A stretch of 32,000 bases of DNA from Edaphobacter aggregans (GCF_003945235.1 NZ_RSDW01000001.1:5640001-5672000); one strand, 5' to 3'; shown: positions 1 to 9,063, counted from the first letter of the stretch. A program made the numbers and translations. Notes: generated by a model from the letters alone, not told the origin.

Positions 1-948
1 CTCTGCCTCGGCCTTCTGCTTTGCGAGTTGGGCGTTCATCTCTCGCTCAGCCGCCTGCTTGCGTAGTGTCACCAATCGCGCATCCTCTGCGCGCTGGACA
101 GCCTGACGCGCAAACGTAATCTCAAGTTTCCGGTCCGGCTTTTTGCTTGAGTCTATATAAGAGGCGTTCTTCAGGTCCCGCATCGCCGCGCCCATGATGT
201 CGTCAGCATACTTCTCCGCGCCGGCTTCCTTTGCAATCCGCACCGCGTTGCTCGCCTCGTAGAGCTCCAGCGGAGACTTCTCGTTCCGCGTGATGGGATT
301 CGAAACCGTCTTCGATCCCTCCGACTCCGCATACGTGCCTCGCGGAAGCAACAGGTAATGCGCGTTCACCTTCTCCAGCACGCCGGTCGTTTTGTCCGGA
401 ATAATCTGGTTCTGCAGTACCACCACATCGCTCGGCTGGGTCACCGAGTAATACGGCTCCGCCGTCACAACCAGCCCAAATGACTGCAAAGCTGTCGTGA
501 CAGTGATACTGTTCCTCGTTCCCGCTGGCAAAACCTCACCCAGGTTGTTCGGCCGCCCGTCCGGAGTAATCGCCCACAGGACATAAGTCAGATATTCCTT
601 CCCGAACCCGTTAGCCGGAGTCAGCCCATCAAATCTTGCCTCGATCACAATTCCGCCGCGCTCGCTCGTAACCTTCGCCTCACCCTTGGCTGTCGGCAGC
701 AGAGTCGTGCCCTTGAACGCAATCTTCGTGGAATCACTGCGATGGAAATAGTTCACCGCATCCAGATCCCGCTGGACTACCTTCACCCGGTAAAGATAGA
801 TGCCGTTCTCCTGCTTCGTAATCTCATTATTTTGCAGAGCCGTCTGCGAAGTAGGGTTAGCTTCCTGGGCTTGAAGCGGTGCACCCGAGGCCGACAACAA
901 CCATCCACCCAAACCAATGCCGAACAACATCCTTCTCTTGCCGTTCAT
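1..948 (-). CDS. Secreted protein, 3' end outside the window. N-terminal signal peptide; C-terminal helical segment resembles DUF4398-type lipoprotein/OmpA-associated domains.
   Basis: Open minus-strand frame from the window edge to the ATG at 948..946 (316 codons, absent from the ORF track because no stop lies in the window). AAGGAGA Shine-Dalgarno lies 6 nt upstream. The N-terminus MNGKRRMLFGIGLGGWLLSASGAPLQAQ looks like a signal peptide. Later comes ELYEASNAVRIAKEAGAEKYADD...RQAVQRAEDARL, a helical repeat. Confidence 0.7.
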   Translation of the reverse strand, partial: MNGKRRMLFGIGLGGWLLSASGAPLQAQEANPTSQTALQNNEITKQENGIYLYRVKVVQRDLDAVNYFHRSDSTKIAFKGTTLLPTAKGEAKVTSERGGIVIEARFDGLTPANGFGKEYLTYVLWAITPDGRPNNLGEVLPAGTRNSITVTTALQSFGLVVTAEPYYSVTQPSDVVVLQNQIIPDKTTGVLEKVNAHYLLLPRGTYAESEGSKTVSNPITRNEKSPLELYEASNAVRIAKEAGAEKYADDIMGAAMRDLKNASYIDSSKKPDRKLEITFARQAVQRAEDARLVTLRKQAAEREMNAQLAKQKAEAE

Positions 949-1445
949 GTCCCGTTCTCCTTACATAACGACGAATTGCCGAGCGAATGCTGTCCTTTAG
1001 CTAGAGGCCGGACACCCACCACGCAAGTCAAGTATGGCAGAGGGGTAAAGCTCGCGGGAAAAATCGCTCTCACACAAAAGAGGAGCGAAGAAAAGGTGAA
1101 GAAATCCAGGAAATTGCATCATCTGATCACTTCAGACAATCTGAGCTTCGCTCATTTCGGATTCTCAATGAGCGCAAAATCGCCAACTCACGCATCGACA
1201 AATGAGATCAAGGCAAGTTGCCGAATCGTAGGCAACTTGGACATTTGCCGGTTATTCGGCCACATACCGAAGACATAGGTCGATCTGTTATCGACAAGTG
1301 AAGATCGAAACTAATCATGCCCTTTTTTCGAGGCACCGGAGAAAAAGAGGTCCGCCTTCCCAGACCGTAGTCCCGCGCCATCAGTAACATTCATGGGAGC
1401 AACGGCTGTTCGCGACTTTGCCCTGGTTCTCAGACTCATGAGAGC

Positions 1446-2054
1446 ATGGCAGGCATGAAATCGATTCGACGTGGATTCATTCTGTCAGCGGTTATGAGTG
1501 CGGCACTCGTTGCCGGTGAAGTTTATGCACTTCCGAGGATTCAGAATTCGCAGAATACAGCCAACGCACCAGTGGCTACGCAGCTAGACGGATCTCACGA
1601 TTTCGATTTCCTCATCGGCGATTGGAAAGCACATGTTCGTCGACTCCCAGAACGCTTGAAGGGTTCGAACCGCTGGGTGGAATACGATGGCATCTCGAAT
1701 CATAAAAAACTCCTCGATAGCAACGCCAATCTCGAAGAGTTCGACGTTTCTACTCCCGATAGGAAACTTCGTATAAAGGCGCAAACGCTCCGGCTCTATA
1801 ACACTGAATCGCACCAGTGGAGTATTTACCTGGTGGATCTCGACAAAGGGACTCTGGAGCTTCCGCCGGTTGTGGGCCAGTTTTACGGAAAGCGTGGTGA
1901 ATTCTACAATCAGCAAACTTGGGAAGGCCGCGCAGTGCTAGTGCGCTATGTCTGGCTCGACATTTCACCTACATCATCGCGAATGGAACAGTCTTTTTCG
2001 GGAGACGGCGGAAAAACATGGGAAGTGAACTGGATATGTGAACTCTCGCGATGA
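1446..2054 (+). CDS. Secreted conserved hypothetical protein (about 200 aa, beta-rich). Family not recognised with certainty.
   Basis: ORF with a signal-peptide-like N-terminus (MAGMKSIRRGFILSAVMSAALVAGEVYA). Motif HDFDFLIGDWKAHVRRL, and a W/Y-rich C-terminus typical of small soil-bacterial secreted proteins. Confidence 0.75.
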   Translation: MAGMKSIRRGFILSAVMSAALVAGEVYALPRIQNSQNTANAPVATQLDGSHDFDFLIGDWKAHVRRLPERLKGSNRWVEYDGISNHKKLLDSNANLEEFDVSTPDRKLRIKAQTLRLYNTESHQWSIYLVDLDKGTLELPPVVGQFYGKRGEFYNQQTWEGRAVLVRYVWLDISPTSSRMEQSFSGDGGKTWEVNWICELSR

Positions 2055-2502
2055 GTATCGTCATCCATTTTTCACCGCCAGCCAGCTAAATGCTTCGGTT
2101 CCCGCTGGACTGTCTTGGAATGTGAAGATGTTGCTAACCATTCGTTGGCAATTCGGCGCACGTAACATCAGGACTAGCCCAGTGTTTTGTCCCGCCTCGA
2201 CACTCTTCGCGACACGTATTGAATTAACCCCGATGTTTCCCGCGACCTCTCCGCCCTTGGCGAGTCACAAATCGCCTTGGCACTCATTGATGTAGCTGAT
2301 GTGCCATGGCTGCCCCTGAGCAGCTGCTAGCTGGATCCGAAGGGCGGGATTACTTCCCCACAAATCTACTTAACACTAATCCGTTCGGCCACACCCTCCG
2401 TGATCAGTCCGGCGTTTGAAAGTGAGTAAAGAGCAGGCCCATGGTTGGCGTCAAGTACGCATAGAAATTGCGGCCTTTACCGTTCAGACTGGCGTACACG
2501 GT

Positions 2503-3861
2503 TTAGAACAGCGAGCAGAGCATCGATGTGATGCGGTTTCGTTTGGTAGTTGGTGATGCAAGCACGAAGTGCGGGCTGCTTCTTTTACCGAGCTGAATCG
2601 TAGAGATCCATGCATGACCGGATGCGACCACTGCATTAGCAATCCTCTGGCAGATATTCGTGTCCCACTTGGTCTCTCCATCAGTGAAGCAGACGAGCGG
2701 CAGAGGTGTTCGGTTAACAATCTTCCATTTATCTTTGATCAATCTATCGCGCAGCAGTTTACCCATCTCCCTCTGGTGCCTGATTGCAGCGGCATAGCCA
2801 TCCCATCCGGCCACGGCAAGGCTTAAGAAAAGTTTGAGACCGATAAAACGGCGCGACCATTGTAGCGAATGCGCAAACGGATCCACGACCTGCATCCCTT
2901 CGCTTTCTTTTGGCATGTAGGCAGTCTGTGTTGCGAAGCAACGGCTGAGGATATCCGGATGTCGTGTCAGAAACATGCCTGCGCCCATCGATACAGAAAG
3001 CCATTTATGAGCGTCAAATGTAATCGAATCTGCCAGCTCGATACCATCGAGGATGGAATGCAGCTCGGGACCCAAGGCTGCCGCTCCGCCCCATGCTGCA
3101 TCGACGTGAAACCATAAGCCCTGTTCTCGTGCGAGAGAACCGATATGACGGATCGGATCGATGACGCCAGCCCCGGTGGTGCCCGCAGTGGGGACGAGCA
3201 GGAATGGGGCGTAGCCGTTAGTGTGGTCTCGCTGTATGGCAGCGCGTAGCGAATCCAGATCAACACGCAAATCATCTGTGACCTCGATTTCTCGCAAAGA
3301 ACTGGCTCCAAGTCCCGCGGCTCGAGCAACCTTCAGGAACGAATGATGTCCTTCTGCCGAAACATAGAAGACCGGTTCTTCCTTCAAGCCACGTAAACCG
3401 CATAAAGCTACATCCGGCCAGCGCTGTGCGAGGGCTGCCAGCAGGGCAGTCTGATTGGCCTCAGCTCCGCCGCTGGTAAATACACCGTCAGCCTGACTGC
3501 GGGGCAGGCCAAATTTATCTGCAATCGAGATCACCAGATGCCGTTCCATTTCGGCGGCGAGTGGGCTGTGGCTCCACGCCGCAAGCTGTGGGTTGAGCGT
3601 TGCAACCAGTGCATCCGCTGCAATACTCATTGCTGTTGGCGCTGGATTGAAGAGTCCGAAGTACTGAGGATGAGGCGTGTGAACCTGAGACTGAATGAGT
3701 TCAGAGGCGATCAGGCGAAATGCCTCTTCGGGCGCAAACGATTGCTTAAAGGTGAAAGATTCGGCGAAGCTACGTACCTTGGTGACATCGAGAGTGGGCG
3801 AGACGGGCAACTCGTCGACGGTTCGCAGGTAAGCTTCGATTGTGGTGGCACGAGTTTCCAT
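2503..3861 (-). CDS. Pyridoxal-phosphate dependent decarboxylase, group II (fold type I). Substrate unknown.
   Basis: 452 aa. PLP-lysine motif SITFDAHKWLSVSMGAG; TSGGAEANQTAL and HVDAAWGG motifs typical of group II amino-acid decarboxylases. Confidence 0.9.
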   Translation of the reverse strand: METRATTIEAYLRTVDELPVSPTLDVTKVRSFAESFTFKQSFAPEEAFRLIASELIQSQVHTPHPQYFGLFNPAPTAMSIAADALVATLNPQLAAWSHSPLAAEMERHLVISIADKFGLPRSQADGVFTSGGAEANQTALLAALAQRWPDVALCGLRGLKEEPVFYVSAEGHHSFLKVARAAGLGASSLREIEVTDDLRVDLDSLRAAIQRDHTNGYAPFLLVPTAGTTGAGVIDPIRHIGSLAREQGLWFHVDAAWGGAAALGPELHSILDGIELADSITFDAHKWLSVSMGAGMFLTRHPDILSRCFATQTAYMPKESEGMQVVDPFAHSLQWSRRFIGLKLFLSLAVAGWDGYAAAIRHQREMGKLLRDRLIKDKWKIVNRTPLPLVCFTDGETKWDTNICQRIANAVVASGHAWISTIQLGKRSSPHFVLASPTTKRNRITSMLCSLF

Positions 3862-3915
3862 AATGAAGCCCGGGTCTCGCTGTCGAGTGCAAGTGAGGTG
3901 CTACTATTTTGCGAA

Positions 3916-4395
3916 TCACACATTGGCTCCGATCCTGTAGAGACACCATTCCATTTTCTCCCTGAATCCGAGGTGTCGATAGAAGGCGCGGGCTCCGGTA
4001 TTATCACGAACAACGAAGACGTCGATTCGTTCGCCCTCGTGACTGGAGAGAAGATGGCGAAGCAGCGCGGATGCTATGCCGTGGCCGCGAAACTTCGGGC
4101 AGACCCATAGGTCCCCGATGTGGACACCGGCCCTGCCCTCCCAGCTCGAATAGTTCTCGAACCAGGAGACGAACCCGGCAGATTGCATGAATCCACTCTC
4201 GGATGCTTGTTCTGCAAGAGCGATATGCAATCGCGGCGCAGAACCAAAAACATCTCTTTCCAATGAGGTGACATCCAGGCGCGGATGATGGTCCGCGCCT
4301 TCGAAGGATGCCAGATCTGCAAGCATTTCAAGGATCGCAGGGCCATCCAGCGGCGTGGCGGCGCGGATGGAAATTTGCTCTCTATGCTCTGTCAT
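3916..4395 (-). CDS. GNAT family N-acetyltransferase (diamine/amine acetyltransferase-like).
   Basis: 159 aa. Acetyl-CoA binding core VCPKFRGHGIASALLRHL and ...NTGARAFYRHLGF. The start overlaps the rhodanese stop (ATGA, 4392..4395). Confidence 0.88.
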   Translation of the reverse strand: MTEHREQISIRAATPLDGPAILEMLADLASFEGADHHPRLDVTSLERDVFGSAPRLHIALAEQASESGFMQSAGFVSWFENYSSWEGRAGVHIGDLWVCPKFRGHGIASALLRHLLSSHEGERIDVFVVRDNTGARAFYRHLGFREKMEWCLYRIGANV

Positions 4396-4847
4396 TCCTG
4401 GACCAGGGTAAATCCCTCATCAACCCAGCCGATGATGCCTCCGATCATTTCTTTTACCGGCCGACCCATCTGAGCGAGCCGGATGGCAGCCTTGTTCGCC
4501 CCATTGCAGTGCGGCCCTGCGCAGTAGACGACGAACACAGTCTCCTGGACATACTCTTTCATACGGTCTTCCGTGATCGTGAGCAGAGGAATGTTGATCG
4601 CACCGGAAACGTGGCCTTTGCTGTAGCCCTGACGTCCGCGAACATCGACGAGAACGAAGTCAACTCTGTCGGAAGCGAAGGAGGAATACACATCCGCGCA
4701 ATCCGTCTCGAAGGTAAGCCGCTTTGTAAAGTGTTCGAATGCAGTTGGCGATAATGCAGGAGTGACCTCCCGAACTCGGCTGACCTCTTTGAAGACGGGA
4801 TTAGCTGCCTCAACCAATTCTGACTGTGTGATATCGATGACGGACAT
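4392..4847 (-). CDS. Single-domain rhodanese-like sulfurtransferase.
   Basis: 151 aa. VLVDVRGRQGYSKGHVSGAINIP followed by the active-site loop VVYCAGPHCNGANKAA and the GGIIGW tail. First gene of the minus-strand operon. Confidence 0.87.
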   Translation of the reverse strand: MSVIDITQSELVEAANPVFKEVSRVREVTPALSPTAFEHFTKRLTFETDCADVYSSFASDRVDFVLVDVRGRQGYSKGHVSGAINIPLLTITEDRMKEYVQETVFVVYCAGPHCNGANKAAIRLAQMGRPVKEMIGGIIGWVDEGFTLVQE

Positions 4848-4910
4848 GGCGATCTTCCTTTCGCTTGTGCAAAATAGTTACATCTGCAGCATGAATGCCG
4901 AGTCGCATTC

Positions 4911-5933
4911 TTGCCAGTGGCCCAAATGCCAATTATCGTAAAGAACGTGCCAAGACGTTCTAAGACAGCAAGTCGGCCTCTCTCGCTCCACAGAGTGGCA
5001 ACGCTCGCGTACAAGGGGCTCTGCACCTTCGAGTTTGGGATTGTAGTCGAACTGTTCGGATTGCCGCGTCCTGAACTGGACCACTGGTATGACTTCGAGG
5101 TCTGCGGTCTGGAAAAGGGCCCCTTACAGGCCACCGGAGGCATCAGCGTATTACCGAAGAAAGGACTCGAAGGATTGATGCATGCCGATACCATCCTCAT
5201 CCCAGGATGGCGTGATCCGGATGAGCTACCGCCTCAGCGGCTCATCCGCACTCTTATCGCAGCACATCGAAAGGGAGTGCGACTCGTTTCCATCTGCTCC
5301 GGTATTTTCGTGCTTGCTGCCACGGGACTGCTAAATGGAAGGCGTGCCACGACGCATTGGAAATATGTCGATAAGCTTCGTTCCGCTTTTCCTCTGATCC
5401 AGCTTCAGCCGGATGTCCTTTACGTCGATGATGGCGACATCCTTACTTCCGCAGGCAGCGCAGCCGGAATTGATCTTTGTCTGCACATCATTCGGAATGA
5501 CTTTGGCACGCTCATCGCCAACAAAGTAGCCCGGAGATTAGTTGTCTCTCCGCATCGGGAAGGTGGGCAGGCACAGTTCATCGACAAACCTATTGGCGAT
5601 CAGACGAGCCCCTGGCTTGCGCACCTCCTGGAGTGGGTCCAGGTCAGGCTGCACAATTCAATTACAGTGGAGCAGCTTGCGAGCCAGGCTCGTATGAGCA
5701 AACGGACGTTGAGTCGGCGGTTTGCCGAGACCACTGGTAGCAGCCCACTGGACTGGATTACAACGTTGCGAGTCAGACGGGCGAAAGATCTACTCGAGAC
5801 ATCAGCACTTTCAGTAGAAGAAGTCGCGGACCGCTGTGGATTTGGATCTGCCCCCACACTGCGCCATCACTTTCGCACAAGGGTCAAACTCACCCCAAAT
5901 AGTTATCGCGCGCGTTTTCAAAGATCTGCATAG
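4911..5933 (+). CDS. GlxA/FtrA family transcriptional regulator (DJ-1/PfpI-like domain plus AraC-type HTH).
   Basis: 340 aa. HRVATLAYKGLCTFEFGIVVELFG; ICSGIFVLAATGLLNGRRATTHW; C-terminal AraC HTH (MSKRTLSRRFAETTGSSPLDWITTLRVRRAKDLLE...GFGSAPTLRHHFR). The track start is TTG at 4911; ATG at 4926 is an alternative. Divergent from the rhodanese operon with only about 63 bp between starts. Confidence 0.9.
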   Translation: MPVAQMPIIVKNVPRRSKTASRPLSLHRVATLAYKGLCTFEFGIVVELFGLPRPELDHWYDFEVCGLEKGPLQATGGISVLPKKGLEGLMHADTILIPGWRDPDELPPQRLIRTLIAAHRKGVRLVSICSGIFVLAATGLLNGRRATTHWKYVDKLRSAFPLIQLQPDVLYVDDGDILTSAGSAAGIDLCLHIIRNDFGTLIANKVARRLVVSPHREGGQAQFIDKPIGDQTSPWLAHLLEWVQVRLHNSITVEQLASQARMSKRTLSRRFAETTGSSPLDWITTLRVRRAKDLLETSALSVEEVADRCGFGSAPTLRHHFRTRVKLTPNSYRARFQRSA

Positions 5934-5937
5934 AACA

Positions 5938-6712
5938 CTAGTCATCGAGAGCCGTGACTTGTCCCGCTACCCGCCTCGCCATTAGCCAGACCGAACGGCT
6001 ACTGAGAGATGCCTGCTGCTTGCGCCCCCGATCATCGCCAGCACGCGTAATGTCCAGGCCTTGGTTGGGTCGGCCGTAATCGCGTCCTGTACCTGGTGAA
6101 CCGCCGGATGAATATGGTTGCGCGCCTCCAGCCACGGCGAAAGCTGCGGATCCGATCCACTGCGGCGCAGATATACCACCATGTACCGTGCAATGGATAC
6201 TGCCAGCGCAAGATTCGTAAGCTGCGACACAATATGCAGCATCAGGTCCACTCCCGCCGTCCCACCCGCGCTTGAGTAGCGCTCTCTATCCTCCACAAAC
6301 AGGCGGTTCTCCAGTACTTTTGCCTTCGGAGCGATTGCCGCAAGCTCCGCCCAGCAACTGTGATGCGTCGTGCAGGTATACCCGTCCACGAGCCCTGCAG
6401 CCACTTCCCAACGACTGCATCCCGGTCCCCAACTTGCCTGGGAGCGACCTGCATGCCAGGCATCATTATGTAGTCCACATCGCCGGAAAGCACCACCATA
6501 GCGTCGTTCGGCAGAGTCTTCGGCAGTGGTTCAATCTTCGCCAGAGTGATTCCGATTGAGCTGACGATTGGGGTCTCCGGGCCTATATAGTGGACCTCGA
6601 AGCGAATGTCCTGCTGCTCCCTGTTGGCGACGCGCAGCACCTCCAGCGGACCCGCCGCGTCGAGCAGCAGCGTCCGCTGAAGAAGCACGACATATACGTT
6701 AATGTGCTTCAT
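5938..6712 (-). pseudogene. Decayed second GlxA-family regulator (DJ-1/PfpI domain plus truncated AraC HTH).
   Basis: The N-terminal DJ-1/PfpI half lies in frame 6242..6712 (MKHINVYVVLL...DAVVGKWL). It continues in another frame, 5982..6404 (AAGLVDGYTCTTHH...SAGGTAGVDLMLHIV...RRSGSDPQLSPWL...SSRHLS). About 20-25 residues are missing at the junction, where the conserved SxC(T/S)GA elbow normally sits. The HTH breaks off after roughly its first helix. The last stop lies 5 nt from the stop of the convergent intact regulator. Confidence 0.7.
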
Positions 6713-6727
6713 CTTCTTGTATACCCT

Positions 6728-7294
6728 TCAAGCAGCCAGTTCTCGATTTGCACCCACCAGCGCCTCTTCCACCTTAACAATGCGTGCGAATCGATCTTCC
6801 AACACCAGTTCCGTGCGTTCCCTAATCTCCTGCGGATTCCACACTCGGCCGTGCCGGTCTATCATGGCAAATGTTAAGGTGGCCTCCGTTACATAGTCCA
6901 CCTTATAACCGATGTCGGAGGCATGCCGTGTCGTCGTCTCGCAGCACTGTTCCGTGCGGATGCCGGACACAATCAGCCGTTGGATGCCATTCTGTACCAG
7001 CCATACATCCAGGCCGCTGCCAACGAGAGCGCTATGGCGATGCTTGCAGAAGATTGCGTCGGGTGCAATCGATAGGCCGGTAATGGTCTTGACATGTCCC
7101 GAGGGCAGGGAGAAAACCCCTTCCTCTTCAACGTGGAGGATCTGAACTGTTGGAATTCCTTGAGCCCTTGCGCCGTCGATCAATTGCTGAAGTCGCCCGA
7201 TAGACCCCTCCGCTTCGTTACTGTTCCAATCGGGCTGGTGACGAAAGGATTCCTGCGCATCAATGACAAGTAGTACGGTATTGGAATCGAACAT
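6728..7294 (-). CDS. Isochorismatase-family cysteine hydrolase.
   Basis: Start chosen at internal M22 (MFDSNTVLLVIDAQESF), preceded by an AAGGGAG Shine-Dalgarno. Motifs VIDAQ, ...KHRHSAL..., LIVSGIRTEQCCETTTRHA (catalytic Cys region). Confidence 0.88.
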   Translation of the reverse strand: MFDSNTVLLVIDAQESFRHQPDWNSNEAEGSIGRLQQLIDGARAQGIPTVQILHVEEEGVFSLPSGHVKTITGLSIAPDAIFCKHRHSALVGSGLDVWLVQNGIQRLIVSGIRTEQCCETTTRHASDIGYKVDYVTEATLTFAMIDRHGRVWNPQEIRERTELVLEDRFARIVKVEEALVGANRELAA

Positions 7295-7408
7295 CGAAGC
7301 TCCCTTTTGAGACGATTGTTTCGTCGTCAATGAGCCAATCCTGGACGGCATCCTCACGCACTGAAAGACATCTTACAGCCTAAGACCGGACTAAAAAAGA
7401 CATCGCCA

Positions 7409-7428
7409 GCCGAGGGTAAACCCTCGGC
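7409..7428 (-). terminator. Terminator-like hairpin (8 bp GC-rich stem, 4 nt loop).
   Basis: GCCGAGGG-TAAA-CCCTCGGC. On the minus strand a T6 run follows, but only after about 10 nt, so it is not a canonical intrinsic terminator. Lies about 115 nt upstream of the isochorismatase start. Confidence 0.25.
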
Positions 7429-7666
7429 GACTTGTCGTTACCTGAACAAGGGAACTGGCATGCAATCACGTTGGCGACGTTCTCTGGTGCGTAGGAACTC
7501 ACTACGTTCTTGTCTCCGAACTGCGAGTGAGCTGGCTGAAGGACTCATATGAAGCCATCAGGGTTCTTAAGGTGTGCCAAAATTCCGCTCTGCTCGGGAG
7601 CTACATCTGCTGCTAGCTGATGTCCGTCCGGATAATTACCGTTGTTCTGCAAACGGAATGGGATAG

Positions 7667-8053
7667 GTCTACGGCGTAGGCGATTTAACGGCTCTGACCT
7701 ATGTGTTGACGCTGGGCAACAAGCAGCGCTTCAAGCGAAGTCGGGACGTAGGATGCTATCTCGGCCTGCGGCCCAGGCGAAGCCAGTCTGGTGACCGCGA
7801 TCCACAACTCGGGATCACCAAGGCCGGCAACGTTTACCTGCGATCTCTGCTGGTCGAGTGCGGGAACCATGTTCTCGGACCACCAGGAAAAGACTCCACG
7901 CTGCGACGCTGGAGTCTTCACCTGGCCGAACGCGGAGGCAAGCAGTCACGCAACCGAGCCATCGTCGCTGTCGCCCGCAAGCTTGCCGTTCTGCTCCATC
8001 GTATCTGGGTCACACAAGAACCGGGCGTTCCGTTCTACGCTGAAGCAGCCTGA
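7667..8053 (+). mobile_element. IS110-family transposase remnant: C-terminal (Transposase_20-like) part only. The N-terminal DEDD catalytic domain is absent.
   Basis: YGVGDLTALTYVLTLGNKQRFKRSRDVGCYLGLRPRRSQSGDRDPQLGITKAGNVYLRSLLVECGNHVL...AIVAVARKLAVLLHRIW is the classic IS110 C-terminal signature. The frame is closed by TAG at 7664..7666. A further in-frame stretch at 7571..7663 (..FRSARELHLLLADVRPDNY..) may be more of the same remnant. Confidence 0.8.
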
Positions 8054-8456
8054 GGTCTGAGCCATGTTCAACTGTCGCCACCCCGCGGTCCCGATGACTG
8101 CGTGTCGGCTTGGACCTTCACAAGGTCGTCCGATAACTGGCAGCATCGACTTCTCCGTCTGACCCCATCCCGTCACAGAGCCACGAACGGCTCATTCAAA
8201 GTGCGAATAGAAACAAGGTGGAGAGGCAACAGCAACCTGCACCAACAACGCAAAGGCAAAGACGCTATTAAGGGAAAAGACAAAAGCAAAACCCCCTTGA
8301 CACAAACGACCTGCTCATAGAAACCCGACTATACGGACAAGTGAATCGCGCTCTCATTTGTCAGTGAGTGGCTCGACGATTTGGCAACAGTTGACGCGGA
8401 CGAAGTACCACGGAAGTAGAGTTGCCCCAACGCGCGCCGGTGCGAGAAGAACGCGT

Positions 8457-9054
8457 TCAGTGTTTCCGGTTCCAATCCGGACCTCGGAAGAGGACGCCGG
8501 CGCCGATGCGGAACTGGTTTTGGCGGTCGCCCTGCAGGTTGCGGAGTTGAGAGTAGAAGTAGTCAGCCTGCACGGCGCGGATCCAGATGTGTTTAGAGAC
8601 GGAGATATCGAGGCCCCCGCCGACGGTGGGCGCGAATGAAGTGTCATAGCTGGTGGGCAGCTTGCCGACCGGAGCGGGGAAGTAGCTGTCGAAGCCGTGC
8701 ACGCCTCCGAAGAGCGCCTGGCCGAAGGGCTGGTAGCGGGTGTGGTTGGCGACACGCAGGCGAACGCCTCCCATGCCGTAGAAGAGGCTGAGCCCAGTGT
8801 TGAAGCCCGGATGTTGCTGGTGGTGTGGCCCCCGGTCTCGACGACGGCCGAGAAGTTGTGCCACACCGGGATAGAGACTCCGCCGAGTCCGCCAGACATC
8901 CAGAAGCAGCCGCAGCCGCCGACAGGGGCGTTGGCGCGCATCTCACTGTAGGCAGCGTAGGCATCGAGGGTGTTGGCAGGGCGCTGGCGGAGGCCACTGC
9001 CGCGGCGAGCGATAACAGCAGCGCGTAGACGAAAATTCTAATCAGCTTGATCAT
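8457..9054 (-). pseudogene. Outer-membrane beta-barrel (porin/OmpW-like, OMP_b-brl type) gene broken by two frameshifts.
   Basis: Signal peptide MIKLIRIFVYALLLSLAAAVASA in frame 1. ANTLDAYAAYSEMRANAPVGGCGCFWMSGGLGGVSIPVWHNFSAVVETGGHTTSNI in frame 2. PGFNTGLSLFYGMGGVRLRVANHTRYQPFGQALFGGVHGF...DYFYSQLRNLQGDRQNQFRIGAGVLFR in frame 3. The frame switches sit near 8975-8992 and 8806-8810, both in short C/G runs. Confidence 0.75.
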
Positions 9055-9063
9055 CGCTGCCCC

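Noticed and set aside
742-1278. 178-aa plus-strand ORF from the track.
   Set aside because: Its first 200 nt are antisense to the well-supported minus-strand secreted-protein gene (start at 948 with a strong Shine-Dalgarno). The rest is intergenic. The composition is Arg/Ser/His-rich junk with no motifs.
1662-1671. tRNA T-loop-like string GGTTCGAACC, with a similar GGTTTCGAATCCC on the minus strand near 296-310 and GAGTTCGAATC near 31128.
   Set aside because: All lie inside supported coding regions. I could not fold flanking sequence into acceptor or anticodon arms. No tRNA is called.
2323-2333. 11-mer GCTGCTAGCTG shared with 7609-7619, plus the nearby shared TAGCTGATGT. Considered as possible IS target or end repeats.
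   Set aside because: Short, built from low-complexity GCTG units and arranged differently at the two sites. Most likely chance.
8354-9054. Three overlapping minus-strand ORFs (8354..8941, 8457..8864, 8644..9054) that could be read as separate genes.
   Set aside because: Read together they are consecutive pieces of one OMP beta-barrel gene in three frames. The out-of-segment parts of each ORF are low-complexity Ala/Pro/Ser/Arg translation.
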